DNA of 64,000 bases from Microcoleus sp. (GCA_052279835.1 CP181291.1:5248001-5312000); one strand, 5' to 3'. Counted from the first letter of the stretch, positions 1-10,828 are shown. Numbers and translations: made by a program. The notes: a model not told the origin generated them from the letters alone.

Positions 1-3000
1 ACAGGAAAAGACCTACTCTACGGTGGCGCTGGCGACGACTACATCTACGGTGGCGCAGACAAAGACACCATCTACGGCGAAGGCGAAAACGACAAACTCT
101 ACGGAGAAGGAGACACCGACCTAATCTACGGCGGCCTCGGCGACGACGAACTCTCCGGCGGCGACGAAAAAGACACCCTCATCGGCGAAGCGGGCAACGA
201 CACTCTCAGAGGCGATGCCGGCGACGACACCCTAGATGCCGGAACTGGCAACGACTATCTCTACGGTGGCAGCGGCAAAGACACCCTGAATGCCGGCCTC
301 GGCAACGACCAACTTTACGGTGGCGACGATGCCGACATCCTCCTCGGCAAAGAAGGCGACGACAACCTCTACGGGGAAGCCGGCGACGACACCCTCGATG
401 CAGCCGAAGGTAACGACAATCTCTACGGCGGTGACGGCAAAGACATCCTGGATGCTGGCATTGGCAACGACCAACTTTATGGAGGTCAAGGCGATGACAC
501 ATTATTGGGCAAAGCCGGAAACGACAACCTATTTGGCGAAGGTGGCAACGACATCCTTGATGCAGCCGAAGGTAACGATAGTCTCTACGGCGGCGATGGC
601 AAAGATTTCCTCGATGCTGGAATCGGCAACGATCAACTTTGGGGTGGTGAAGGCGATGACACTTTATTAGCCAAAGCAGGCGATGACAACTTGTTTGGGG
701 AAGGCGGTAACGACATCCTCGATGCAGCCGAAGGCAACGACAACCTCTACGGTGGCGACGGCAAAGACTTCCTGGATGCTGGAATCGGCAACGACCAACT
801 TTGGGGAGGTGAAGGCGATGACACTTTATTAGCCAAAGCTGGAGACGACAACTTGTTTGGAGAATCTGGCAACGACATCCTCTATGCAGCAGAAGGCAAT
901 GATTCCCTTTACGGCGATCGCGGCAAAGACTTCCTCGATGCCGGAAGTGGCAACGACATTCTTTGGGGCGGCCAAGATGACGACACCTTATTCGCCCAAG
1001 CTGGAGACGACAACTTGTTTGGAGAATCTGGCAACGACTTCCTCGACGCAGCAGAAGGCAACGACAACCTCTACGGCGGCGACGATAAAGACACCCTGTT
1101 AGGTCAAGCTGGCAACGACTTATTGCAAGGCGGTTCCGGCGACGACTCACTCTTAGCAGGCGACGGCAACGATACCCTGTTCGGTCAAGCTGACAGCGAC
1201 ACTCTCTACGGCGGCAGTGGCGATGACATCCTCGAAGGCAATGCGGGAACAGACCGACTGTTTGGCGAACTCGGCAACGATTCCCTCGACGGCGGTACTG
1301 AAAACGATACCCTCGAAGGCGGCGACGGTAACGACATCCTGGACGGTGGCGCAAATAACGACAGTCTGTTCGGACAAGTCGGTAATGATACGGTAATCGG
1401 CAACCGCGGCGATGACATAGTTGACGGCGGTTCGGGCAACGATTTGCTTCAGGGGAATGAAGGGCGCGATCGCATTTACGGTCAAGCCGGTTTCGATAGC
1501 CTGTTCGGCGGCGATGATAGCGACACCCTGTGGGGAGGAGACGACGCGGACATCTTGCAGGGAGAATCGGGCACCGATACCCTGTTCGGCGGTAGCGGCG
1601 ACGACTCCCTCGACGGCGGCGAAGATAATGACAGCCTGTTGGGAGAAGCCGGCAATGATATTCTCGCAGGCGGCAGCGGCGACGACATCCTGGACGGCGG
1701 TACTGAAAACGATACTCTCTCCGGCAATGACGGCAGTGACAAATTATACGGCCGCCAAGGCAATGACTTCTTAGAAGGCAATGCCGATGACGACCAACTC
1801 TGGGGTGGAGATAACGACGATACGCTGTTTGGACAAACCGGAGATGACGAACTGTGGGGCGAATCGGGCAATGATAGCCTCGATGGTGGTGATGGGTCCG
1901 ATCGCCTTTTCGGTCAAATCGGCAAAGATACCCTCTCCGGTAACAATGGCGACGACTACTTAGAAGGTGGTGCAGACGACGATAGCATGACTGGGGGTGC
2001 TGGGCGCGATCGCATTTTCGGAAATGACGGCAACGACTTCGCCGACGGCAACAGCGGCGACGACTACATCGACGGCGGCGCGAACAACGATACTTTAGCA
2101 GGTGGTGAAGGGAGCGATCGCATATTCGGTCAATCCGGCAACGACAGCATCGAAGGCAACGACGACAACGACTTCATCGATGCAGGTACCGGCAATGACA
2201 CCCTGTGGGGCAACGACGGCGACGACGAGCTCTACGGCCGCGAAGACCGAGATTTGATCGACGGCGGCCGCGGCAACGACCAAATCTACGGCGGAGACGC
2301 AGCCGACACCCTCCTCGGACAAACCGGAGACGACAACATCGACGGCGGTTCCGGCGCAGACTCGATTCTCGGCGCAGACGGCAGCGACAACATTTGGGCG
2401 CAAGCAGGCAACGACTCGATTTACGGTGGCGCTGGCAACGACAACATTTGGGGCAACGAAGACGATGACCTAATTTTTGGAGAAGCAGGCCAAGACAAAA
2501 TCGACGGCGGTTCCGGCTACGACACCATCGACGGTGGCGCTGGCAACGATGAACTGTTCGGCGGTACGGGCAACGACCAATTATTAGGAGGCGCGGGCAA
2601 CGACAAAATTGACGGCAGCATGGACGACGACAAACTGTTCGGCGGGGCCGGCAACGACTTGATGTTTGGCAGTTTCAGGGCAAGACACGATGTTGGGCGA
2701 AGTCGGCGAAGACACCCTCTACGGTGGCGACGATACTGACTTGATGGACGGCGGCGCGAGTAACGACTTGGTTATCGGCGACTCCGGCGACGACACTCTC
2801 ACCGGCGACTCCGGCGATGACACCCTGGCAGGGGGCAGTGGCAACGACTTCATGGGCGGAGGCAACGGCGACGACTTGATGTTCGGTGAATGTAACGACG
2901 ACACGATGCTGGGAGGCGCGGGCAACGACACCCTCGACGGCGGTTGTGGCAACGACTTGCTAACCGGGGAAGCTGGCAGCGACAATCTCTTGGGTAACGA

Positions 3001-4084
3001 AGGGGATGACAGTCTCGATGGCGGCAGCAGCAATGACACCCTCGATGGCGGTAACGGCAACGACTTCTTGAACGGCAACAGCGGCAACGACAGCCTCAAC
3101 GGTAACGATGGCGATGACAGCCTCTACGGCGGCGAAGGCAACAATGTGCTCAAGGGCGGCAACGGCTTCGATACGCTGATTGGAGGCAGCAGTTCCGACA
3201 TATTTGTGCTATCGCCTAGTTCTGGACTCGATAATATAGTTTACTTCCAGGGCGATCGCGATTACTTCGGACTCTCACAAGACCTCACTTTTGACCAATT
3301 GCAAATTGTTCAAGGCAGCGAGGATTATACTAACGATGCGTTGATTAGCATTGCGAGTACAGGCGAACATTTAGCTTTGGTGAAAGATACTCAATTTAGT
3401 GCGATCGACAGTTCTCGGTTTATCCCCATCACTCCCGGAGGCCCGCTTCCCGCAGCTTTCAATACTCCCTCGCCCGTCGATATTTTGACTGGGGAAACAC
3501 TGGATAGCGACAATGTTATGAGTGCGGTCAATACCAGTTCTAGCACTGGCTTATTAAGCACTACTGCTGCACCAATTAGTCAGCCAAAAAGCACGACTAC
3601 TGCACCAATTACTCTGTCAACTAGCACGACTACCGCACCAGCAAGTCTGCAACCATTGACAACAGGTACTAATCCAGCTACTGCAACAACTACTGCACCA
3701 ATTAGTCTGTCAACTGCCACGACTACTGCACCAGCAAGTCTGCAACCATTGACAACAGGTACTAATTCAGCTACTGCAACAGCAATTTCTGCGAAAACTA
3801 CCACCAATGACATCTTGCTAAATGGCGGTTCAATCCCAACCATGAAGACCTTTAGCGAAACCGATGATGACATCCTCATCTACGACACAAAGGGCTTGTT
3901 GACTTCTTTGACTAGCGCTCAAACTCAGCCAATTCTGCCTTTGAAAGCATCGAGTTTGAGTAGTGCGATCGCACCTATTGCCAATCCTGCTGGTAAGGAA
4001 GCTGACCTCTTGCTTAATGCGAATCCAAGTCCGATTCAGCTACCAAAAAGTAGCGATTTAAGTGGGACTTCTACGTTGAAGTAA
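1..4084 (+). CDS. Giant RTX/hemolysin-type Ca-binding repeat protein, 5' end outside window, split by a +1 frameshift near 2673-2675
   Basis: Frame 1 is open from base 1 (TGKDLLYGGAGDD...) through ORF 505..2739 with continuous GGxGxDxLx nonapeptides. Repeats continue in ORF 2666..4084, followed by a DIFVLSPSSGLDNIVYF...LTFDQLQI domain and a T/S/A/P-rich tail. Confidence 0.85.
361..1090 (+). repeat. 162-bp (54-aa) higher-order tandem repeat, four full copies plus a partial copy
   Basis: Units start at 361, 523, 685, 847 and 1009 (GACAAC...). Confidence 0.85.
3592..3782 (+). repeat. 93-bp (31-aa) tandem duplication in the Thr-rich tail
   Basis: TTTAPI(T/S)LST(S/A)TTTAPASLQPLTTGTN(P/S)ATA occurs twice. 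Confidence 0.85.
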
Positions 4085-4115
4085 TTGTAGGTTGTTTAGG
4101 GCGATCGAATAGATA

Positions 4116-4148
4116 AAAACCCGGTTTCTTGAAGAAACCGGGTTTTTT
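4116..4148 (+). terminator. REP-like AAACCCGGTTTCT hairpin, probable terminator
   Basis: aaaaacccggtttct-tga-agaaaccgggttttt followed by a T-run, downstream of the RTX gene. Confidence 0.65.
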
Positions 4149-4179
4149 GTATTTTTTAAGGGCTACACTTCATCTTGCA

Positions 4180-4266
4180 GTCTAACGTTCCTGGTCAGCG
4201 GCTGCAAACGACCTCCCCAACTTCACCAGCAGATTCTTTCAGTCCGCTGCACCAGGGTTGTTATGC
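4180..4266 (-). mobile_element. Integron attC site (87 bp)
   Basis: Minus strand reads GCATAAC AACCCT GGTGCAGC GGACTG ... CAGCC GCTGACC AGGAAC GTTAGAC: R'', L'', L' and R' boxes in an imperfect palindrome with two unpaired bases. Confidence 0.75.
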
Positions 4267-4287
4267 CGCGATCTCTAGCGAGAATCT

Positions 4288-4701
4288 TCACTTGGAAAGC
4301 CTTTTTAGCAAAGTTAACAGACTTTGAGAAATAGAATTTTGTCCATCAAAATTATAGCGAAAGTCTCCATATATATTATTACAATCCCAACATATCGAAC
4401 ATTGTACTTGTGAGCCATTCTCTAGGTAAAACCGCAAGCCAAACGGTGGATTATGGCAGCGTGCTTGCTCTCCTAAAGGCAATTGGCGAAATAAATTGGC
4501 AATTTCTTGTACAACCTGACCCTTAATAAGTTTATGAGGCGCGTTATCAAGGATTTTCATTACTTCAAGAGGATGTCTTCCATCAAGAATCAAAATGTCA
4601 ATAGTGCTAACTTCAGGCAGCTTTTCAGGGAGCAAGGGGATAAGTCTTTCCCTATCTAATTCATGGTCTTGCTGTCGAGAAAACGGGTTATTTTTATTCA
4701 T
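4288..4701 (-). CDS. Hypothetical cassette protein (137 aa) with RCHxP and CWDC motifs
   Basis: ATG lies directly after GTTAGGACT and the stop is 21 bp before attC. The longer ORF-track start at 4881 appears to be a fusion with an unrelated fragment. Confidence 0.7.
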   Translation of the reverse strand: MNKNNPFSRQQDHELDRERLIPLLPEKLPEVSTIDILILDGRHPLEVMKILDNAPHKLIKGQVVQEIANLFRQLPLGEQARCHNPPFGLRFYLENGSQVQCSICWDCNNIYGDFRYNFDGQNSISQSLLTLLKRLSK

Positions 4702-4979
4702 AGTCCTAACCGTTGATGTAGAAAATATTGGTGATGGTGGTTGCGGCGATATAGCCTTCCAAGTTGCCCCGTTCAATTTGCTCGAAAAGGGCGATCGCAC
4801 TCTCAACAAAGGGTTCCCTCTAGCCCGCCGATCGACCGCAAGTAATCCAATTTTGATAGCGGGAAAGGGAGGATACTTCATTATGAAAGATCGATATGAG
4901 ACGCCTCAATTATAGCAAGTCCTATAATCTTCTACCAGCAGCTACGGCAGCTTAAATCATGAACTAGGTGCGTGAGGCT

Positions 4980-5128
4980 TCAGAAACCGGGTTTCTGCGT
5001 AAAATCTGATGAGGATTTGAAAAATATCAGAGAAACCCGGTTTCTTTGACTAATCGCGTCAGGATTTACGTACCCTAACCAAATAAACCTGGTTTTTACC
5101 AAATTTTGCCACTGCGACGAAGTTTCCG
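4980..5128. repeat. Cluster of AGAAACCGGGTTTCT / AGGATTTACG palindromic repeats
   Basis: Same motifs recur at 22886-22950, 41705-41786, 42685-42766 and 48266-48372. Confidence 0.7.
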
Positions 5129-5129
5129 C

Positions 5130-5867
5130 CTATTCAACTTCTGGATTTTCCCCAGGCTTTTTCGTTTCTTGTTGATTTTTAGATTGTAACGTTTCACGTG
5201 TTACCAAAAATTTTTTGCCTAAATCTGTAACATCAAGGTATTCGGTCAAATTAATCGATCGTTTCCCATAATCACTCGCTCGAACTATATCACTGATATA
5301 ACCAGATTTTGTTGTAATCAATTTCAAATCTCGTAAACGCCTTAACTCATCACCAACTCTATCTGAAACATAAAAGTTATAATTTGTCTTGGTCTCAGAA
5401 TGCCTGTAAAGCTGGTCTATTTTTTCATAATCCTTATCCCCAAGCAAGAAATTATACATAAAAGCTTGCGTTTCTTCTAAATTATTTTGTTGTTTTTCCA
5501 GTTGTTATAATTGTTTTGCTTGAAGCTCATAAATTCTCTTTTTCTGTTCATTAACTTCTTGCTTTAGTTGCTTGAATTTAGCTGTAACGCCACCATCCTT
5601 AGAAACACCAAAATCCTCTAATCTGTTAAGTAACCCAGAGTTAAAGAGAAATACAAGAGCAATTAGTATAATATCAGGAGCTTCTATCTTTCGAGGTTGT
5701 CGCTTTTCTTCAAAGTACATTGGGCTAATTAGGCTAAAGATTAGATAACCCATTCCTATGAATGAAACAATTTCGATCCACCAATTTCTAGCATTTTTAT
5801 ATTCTTCACTGGAACCGCTGCTCATGGGCTGCATTTCTATTTTCTCTTGATTATTTTCTTCGCTCAT
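5130..5867 (-). pseudogene. Membrane protein with coiled coil, interrupted by an in-frame TAA at 5505-5507
   Basis: Strong RBS AAAGGAGGT before the ATG at 5867. ORFs 5505.. and 5130..5459 share a frame and are joined by 15 sense codons (QLEKQQNNLEETQAF). Confidence 0.65.
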
Positions 5868-6248
5868 AAATACCTCCTTTAAACGATACCTTAAAAATCC
5901 AAGTGGCTCTTCTCTAATGACGGATGAAAAGTGTGCGGAGTTTTTCCAGCATTTCAAACACACAGTCCTCGACGCAACTTCCACTGAGGCGATCGCCACT
6001 CGATCGCCTTGCGCCCCGTCACCCGTCCTCTAGAACCCTTGTGAGAGTTGCTGCTAGGACTGTCCAATTTAAAATCTCCTATAAAATATCCCTCCCGCGC
6101 CCTTGGGCACATAAAAATCCGATCTCTTGCATCTTTTCCCAAAAAGGTTAAGATAGCTTCAAACCGAGATTTATGCGCCAAAGGGTGAGAGAGGGCCCGA
6201 TCAAGAAGACAAGTTTTAGGTTAAATCAAGTCCGTCCAGACAGGTGGT

Positions 6249-6587
6249 TTAACCTTTCCAGTCTTTGGCAGATTGTTCGAGAACGTAGGTTGCGACATCC
6301 TCAATTTGTGCAGGCTTCAAACGACCACCGAAAGCAGGCATCGCATTTTTGCCCTTTGTTACCTGAGTGGTAATAGCTTCGATAGAATTCATGCCGTACT
6401 TCTCTAAAGCTGCCGATTTCAAGGTTTTGGCAGACACAACCACGTTGCCACCACCGACGTGACAAGCAGCACAGTTGGCGCTAAAGAGTTTAGCTCCGTT
6501 AGCCGCATCTCCAGCTAAAGCAGGGCTGCCGAAGCCGACAGTAAAAATTGCCAACGCTAACAGAGCGATCGATAAGAGTCTTTTCAA
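6249..6587 (-). CDS. petJ: Cytochrome c6
   Basis: Signal peptide, CAACH heme motif, GKNAMPAF. Confidence 0.95.
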   Translation of the reverse strand: MKRLLSIALLALAIFTVGFGSPALAGDAANGAKLFSANCAACHVGGGNVVVSAKTLKSAALEKYGMNSIEAITTQVTKGKNAMPAFGGRLKPAQIEDVATYVLEQSAKDWKG

Positions 6588-6711
6588 CGTAGTTCTCCTC
6601 TAATGGACACAGTTAATTGTGATTCTTCAGTTATTTTACCCGTTTAGTCACCCGCAAACACCTAGTAGCGATCGCGATTTTTCGAGTAGTTAACCACTTT
6701 GGGCGGGCGAT

Positions 6712-7212
6712 TCAACTCTCCAGATTATCAATACCCCATCCCGGAGCCTTTTGAGCGGCCCGAAGCACAAAAGCAGCCAAATCTTCAATCTGAGTCTGGG
6801 ACATCCAGCTTTCGGGTACTTGGCGGCACCAAAAAGTTTCCTCACTACCGTCATAAGTCATTGGTTGTCTCAGATAGGCTACCAAACTATTGATGTCCTT
6901 GCGGGGAGGGGTTGCTCCCTGGAGATCCGTCAAAGATAGAGAAATAGTCGGATCTGGCAAAGTCGCTCCTCCGACGTGACAGTTGAGGCAATTTTGCTCG
7001 AACAACCGCTTGCCGGCGGACAAATCCTCAGCCGAAAATAATCGAGTGTGTCCCTCAGCATCCAATTCCAGTGGCACAGGTTCGCTGACTTTTAAATAGC
7101 GAGTCACATAGGAATCAGCAGCAGCCAAAACAGGTTGAGGTGCCAGCAGCACCATCGGCAAAATCACTAAAATTCCTAACAGAAAACAGACAAAAACACC
7201 ACGACGCAGCAT
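6712..7212 (-). CDS. psbV2: Cytochrome c550-like PsbV2
   Basis: CLNCH motif, distal Cys (FWCRQV), located between psbV and petJ. Confidence 0.9.
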   Translation of the reverse strand: MLRRGVFVCFLLGILVILPMVLLAPQPVLAAADSYVTRYLKVSEPVPLELDAEGHTRLFSAEDLSAGKRLFEQNCLNCHVGGATLPDPTISLSLTDLQGATPPRKDINSLVAYLRQPMTYDGSEETFWCRQVPESWMSQTQIEDLAAFVLRAAQKAPGWGIDNLES

Positions 7213-7367
7213 GAGAGCCTACAACTTTTTGCGATATTAAATGAGGAGAGGTTAAATTTTAGATTTCAGATTTTCGATAGAAGCCAACCAGGGAACAACA
7301 ATCTATTTTGCGGAACTCTAGCCCCCTTCCCATCCAAAATCTCAAATCTAAAATTTCCTAAAATCGA

Positions 7368-7856
7368 TTAGCGAGCGCCTTTACCACCAGCCCACTGGGT
7401 TCCCACAATTTTTGGCTGCAACAAAATGTGACCGCCAATGGCGTACAAATCATCATCCGAAAGATTTCTCATTTCAGCGAAAATATCCGCGCTTTTCATG
7501 CTCGGATGCAGCTCAGAAATTTCCTCAAAGCCGTCATAAGTCGTGGGGTTTTTCATATAGTCAACCAGCGACTTAATATTATTACGGGGTGGATTTGCCA
7601 AAGCCAAAGTTTCAGGGCTCAAGTTCAAATTCGGGTCAGTTTTAGTCATGCCAGCAGCGTGACATTGAGCACAGGCTGAGTTAAACAACCGTTTGCCTTC
7701 CTGAACCTGTTTGAGGCTCAGCACTACGGGAGTGCCTTTGTCATCTAATGTCACGGTGCGTAGTTGAGGACTGAGTTCTACTGCCATCGCACTACTGACA
7801 AAGAATTGAAAAGTCATGAATACAGCAGTCAGAGCAATGAAATATCTTTTAAGCAT
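7368..7856 (-). CDS. psbV: Photosystem II cytochrome c550
   Basis: CAQCH, PTTYDG...LHPS, C-terminal WAGGK. Confidence 0.95.
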   Translation of the reverse strand: MLKRYFIALTAVFMTFQFFVSSAMAVELSPQLRTVTLDDKGTPVVLSLKQVQEGKRLFNSACAQCHAAGMTKTDPNLNLSPETLALANPPRNNIKSLVDYMKNPTTYDGFEEISELHPSMKSADIFAEMRNLSDDDLYAIGGHILLQPKIVGTQWAGGKGAR

Positions 7857-8007
7857 GGTTCTCCTTAAAAAAAAATCAGGGGAAAGTATTGAATGCTCTT
7901 TTGGGGGAGCTAGTAAACAGATTGCTGTTCAAGATTCCACCGCCGGGAAAAACTGGTGACAGTTGATGCGGTTCTACCTTTAAAGGTAAGGGAATTATGG
8001 CATCAAT

Positions 8008-8199
8008 CTAATCTGCAAGAAGTTTTGAGTCGCGCCTTTTTTCGAGAGCGGACATAATTGCCTTAACATCCTCTAGGGCCAAACGGGTTTGAGGATGCTT
8101 GTATGCAATTTCTAACTCGTCGCACAAGCGGATCACGTCTTCAACAGGGACGTTGAAGTCCTCTGCTATTTCTGCGATGGACAGGTCTGCAAAACCCAT
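8008..8199 (-). CDS. Small conserved cyanobacterial protein, IF-2 N-terminal-like
   Basis: MGFADLSIAEIAEDF...TRLALED family signature. Confidence 0.75.
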   Translation of the reverse strand: MGFADLSIAEIAEDFNVPVEDVIRLCDELEIAYKHPQTRLALEDVKAIMSALEKRRDSKLLAD

Positions 8200-8543
8200 A
8201 GTTTTTAGGTCGCTGACGGGTAAAAATGGGGTTAATCGCTCTTAACTGAAATCTGGATAATTTCACCAAGCGCTGTTAGTTTGTTCTGAGGTTTATAGAA
8301 CGCCAGAGCGATCGTTAAATGCAGGATTAGCCCTGGGGCTATTTACTGCTATTGACAATGCCTGAGTTCTGATTGAGTCTGTCAGAGCCAACTAAGTTCT
8401 AACAGCCAGTAGGCATTTTTGCTCAGTTCAGCTTTCTAGTCAATCAACTTCCAATCAATATCATCCCACTGCGGTGTCCTAATGAACAATGAACATCAGA
8501 AGCGGCAGCTAGAACTAACACAATATCAGGAAGGGCTTGATGG

Positions 8544-9494
8544 TTAGGGTGAAAGTTTGAAAGCATGAGTCTGTGCGGGCAAAGCGTGGCTGTCTATTGG
8601 TGTGTGATGCTCTAGTTCTGAGGGAGCCAATAAAGGTTGGGGCTGGTGAAGACTAATTAGCTGAGCCAGGGTTTTCTTGAGCTGAGTCCTAGGGACGATG
8701 ATATCTACAAAGCCGTGGGCAAAGGAGTATTCGGAAGTTTGATAGTTCTCCGGCAACTTTTCCCGCAGAGTTTGCTCGATCACCCGGCCGCCGGTAAAGG
8801 CTACAGTTGCTTTTGGTTCTGCAATGGTAATGTCTCCCAGCATGGCAAAACTCGCGGTGACACCGCCGGTCGTCGGGTGAGTCAAAATTGGGATGTACAA
8901 CTGTCTGGCTTCGCGGTGGCGTTCCAGAGCACCGGAGATTTTCGCCATTTGCATCAAGCTGAGCATTCCTTCTTGCATTCTCGCACCGCCGGAAGCGCAG
9001 ACAATGATGACGGGTAGCTTTTCCCGCGTTCCGTATTCGATGAGGCGAGTTAGTTTTTCTCCGACAACGGAACCCATACTGCCACCGATGAATTGAAATT
9101 CCATGACTCCCAGGGCGATAGGGAAACTTTCGAGTTTGCCGATGCCTGTTTCTACTGCGTCTAAGTGGCCTGTTTTTTCTTGAAATTCTCGAAGCCGATC
9201 GCTATATTTTTTGCGATCGCGAAATTTCAAGGGGTCGGTGGCGTGGAGTCCTTCGTTAATGGGCATCCAAGTATGGGCATCGATCAACTGCTCAATGCGG
9301 TCGTCGCTGTAAACTCTCATGTGATGCCCGCATTCCAAGCAAACCATTTGATTTGCTCGCAGGTCTTTGGTGTAACTGAGCGCATCGCAAGCTTCGCATT
9401 TATTCCAAAGCCCGTCGGCAATTTCTCGTTCCGGCCGTTCTTGAGAGTTCGGTACTGATTTTCTTCGATTTGCAAACCAATCAAATAGAGACAT
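8544..9494 (-). CDS. accD: Acetyl-CoA carboxylase carboxyltransferase beta subunit
   Basis: C4 zinc finger, [36 protein letters not shown]. Confidence 0.95.
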   Translation of the reverse strand: MSLFDWFANRRKSVPNSQERPEREIADGLWNKCEACDALSYTKDLRANQMVCLECGHHMRVYSDDRIEQLIDAHTWMPINEGLHATDPLKFRDRKKYSDRLREFQEKTGHLDAVETGIGKLESFPIALGVMEFQFIGGSMGSVVGEKLTRLIEYGTREKLPVIIVCASGGARMQEGMLSLMQMAKISGALERHREARQLYIPILTHPTTGGVTASFAMLGDITIAEPKATVAFTGGRVIEQTLREKLPENYQTSEYSFAHGFVDIIVPRTQLKKTLAQLISLHQPQPLLAPSELEHHTPIDSHALPAQTHAFKLSP

Positions 9495-9509
9495 TAAAAT
9501 TTAGTAATT

Positions 9510-9575
9510 GTTAACTGTTGACTGTTGACTGTTGACTGTGTTTATAGGTTATTTATTATTTGTTATTTGTTAGCT
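9510..9575. repeat. Heptameric short tandem repeats (CTGTTGA, TTATTTG)
   Basis: Direct reading. Similar tracts at 10515-10570, 18570-18604, 33780-33825, 37630-37675, 47288-47320, 52783-52810, 56148-56262 and 62913-62937. Confidence 0.85.
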
Positions 9576-9641
9576 GCTACTAATAATTCATAACCTATAT
9601 ATGACTATTGACAATAAACAACTGACTATTGTACCACTGTT

Positions 9642-10469
9642 TCACGGCATCTTCATAAAAAACAACTGCCAGTAAGTAGATAAGATCGCTTCGCCCCACA
9701 AAACTGTAATTGCTGCACCGAGAGCGAGAAATGGACCAAAAGGCATGGGTTGGCGTCGATCGAGCAATCCCAGGGCGATCGCCCCGCCGCCAGCAAAAGC
9801 CCCGGTAGCACAGGCGAGAAAGCCCGCTAACAGCAAGTATTTCCACCCCAGCCAAGCTCCCATCAAAGCAGCCAATTTGGTATCGCCAGCCCCCATCGCA
9901 TTTTGGCCAAGGGCGATGGCACCGGCTAAACCAATGATGTCAAACAGCCACAGCCCTACAACCGCTCCTAGGATACCGTCGAGTACCAGATAGTTTACTG
10001 AGTCGATCGGACTAAATATGGGCCACCAACCCTTAGCGATTTGGAAAACCAGCCCCATCACTAAACCCGATCGAGTCAAAGAATTAGGCAAAGTCATGGT
10101 GTCGAGATCGATCAAAGACAAAGCCAAAAGCCAGCTAAAAAAAGCCCAAAACCCCAGAGTGTTTACGGTGGGTCCAAACTGCCAGAAAATCAGCAAAAAC
10201 AGCAAACCCGTAGCCGCTTCCACCAGGGGATACCGTAGAGAAATCCGGCTGCGACAATACTTACAGCGTCCCCGTAACCACAGCCAACCAAAAACAGGTA
10301 CATTTTCGTAAGATTGAAGCTGATTCAAGCATTTGGGACAGCGAGAAGGAGGATGTATCACTGACAAACCCGCAGGTAAGCGATAAACTACCACATTCAA
10401 GAAACTACCGATCGCCGAACCCAAAGCAAATACAATAGAAGAGACAAGACAATTAAAGATGATGTCCAT
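9642..10469 (-). CDS. pilD: Prepilin peptidase / N-methyltransferase
   Basis: GSFLNVVVYRLP, two CxxC motifs, IDLD, MGAGD, MPFGPFL. Start placed at MDIIFN because the upstream extension is heptamer repeat. Confidence 0.92.
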   Translation of the reverse strand: MDIIFNCLVSSIVFALGSAIGSFLNVVVYRLPAGLSVIHPPSRCPKCLNQLQSYENVPVFGWLWLRGRCKYCRSRISLRYPLVEAATGLLFLLIFWQFGPTVNTLGFWAFFSWLLALSLIDLDTMTLPNSLTRSGLVMGLVFQIAKGWWPIFSPIDSVNYLVLDGILGAVVGLWLFDIIGLAGAIALGQNAMGAGDTKLAALMGAWLGWKYLLLAGFLACATGAFAGGGAIALGLLDRRQPMPFGPFLALGAAITVLWGEAILSTYWQLFFMKMP

Positions 10470-10567
10470 AGTCAACAAATCACTAATAAATAATGAGCTA
10501 GAGTTAGCCCAAAGATAACCAATAACCAATAACCAACAACCAACAACAAATAACAAATAACCAATAA

Positions 10568-10828
10568 CTAATACATTTGCGATTCAATCTCTTCAAAAGT
10601 AACAAAACGTTCACCGGGCAACAAAATTGGCTGCGAAGTGAAAATCAACTGACCTCGATCGCTTCCTTGACAGACAACAACACCAGCCGGACGTTGTAGG
10701 CGGTCGGAATGAACTTTAAGATATAGACCATAGACCGATCGAGCTACTCGGATCAAATCGGGAGCAAGTAACCTGAAACTATCGGAAGTTTCTCTCATTG
10801 GTTCGGGGCTGGACTGGTATTCTATCAC
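10568..10828 (-). CDS. Conserved hypothetical protein
   Basis: 86-aa ORF with a GQLIF...PILLPGE motif. Confidence 0.65.
   Translation of the reverse strand: MIEYQSSPEPMRETSDSFRLLAPDLIRVARSVYGLYLKVHSDRLQRPAGVVVCQGSDRGQLIFTSQPILLPGERFVTFEEIESQMY

Noticed and set aside
206..3099. Long Arg/Cys-rich and Ser/Pro-rich ORFs overlapping the RTX gene (e.g. 206..1354 minus)
   Set aside because: Shadow frames of a repetitive GC-rich coding sequence
4702..4881. ORF-track N-terminal extension of the cassette gene
   Set aside because: Runs through a GNAT-like stub, a HIP1 site and the core site; the ATG at 4701 fits better
10470..10556. Hydrophobic N-terminal extension of pilD (MLFVVGCWLLVIG)
   Set aside because: Translation of heptameric tandem repeats
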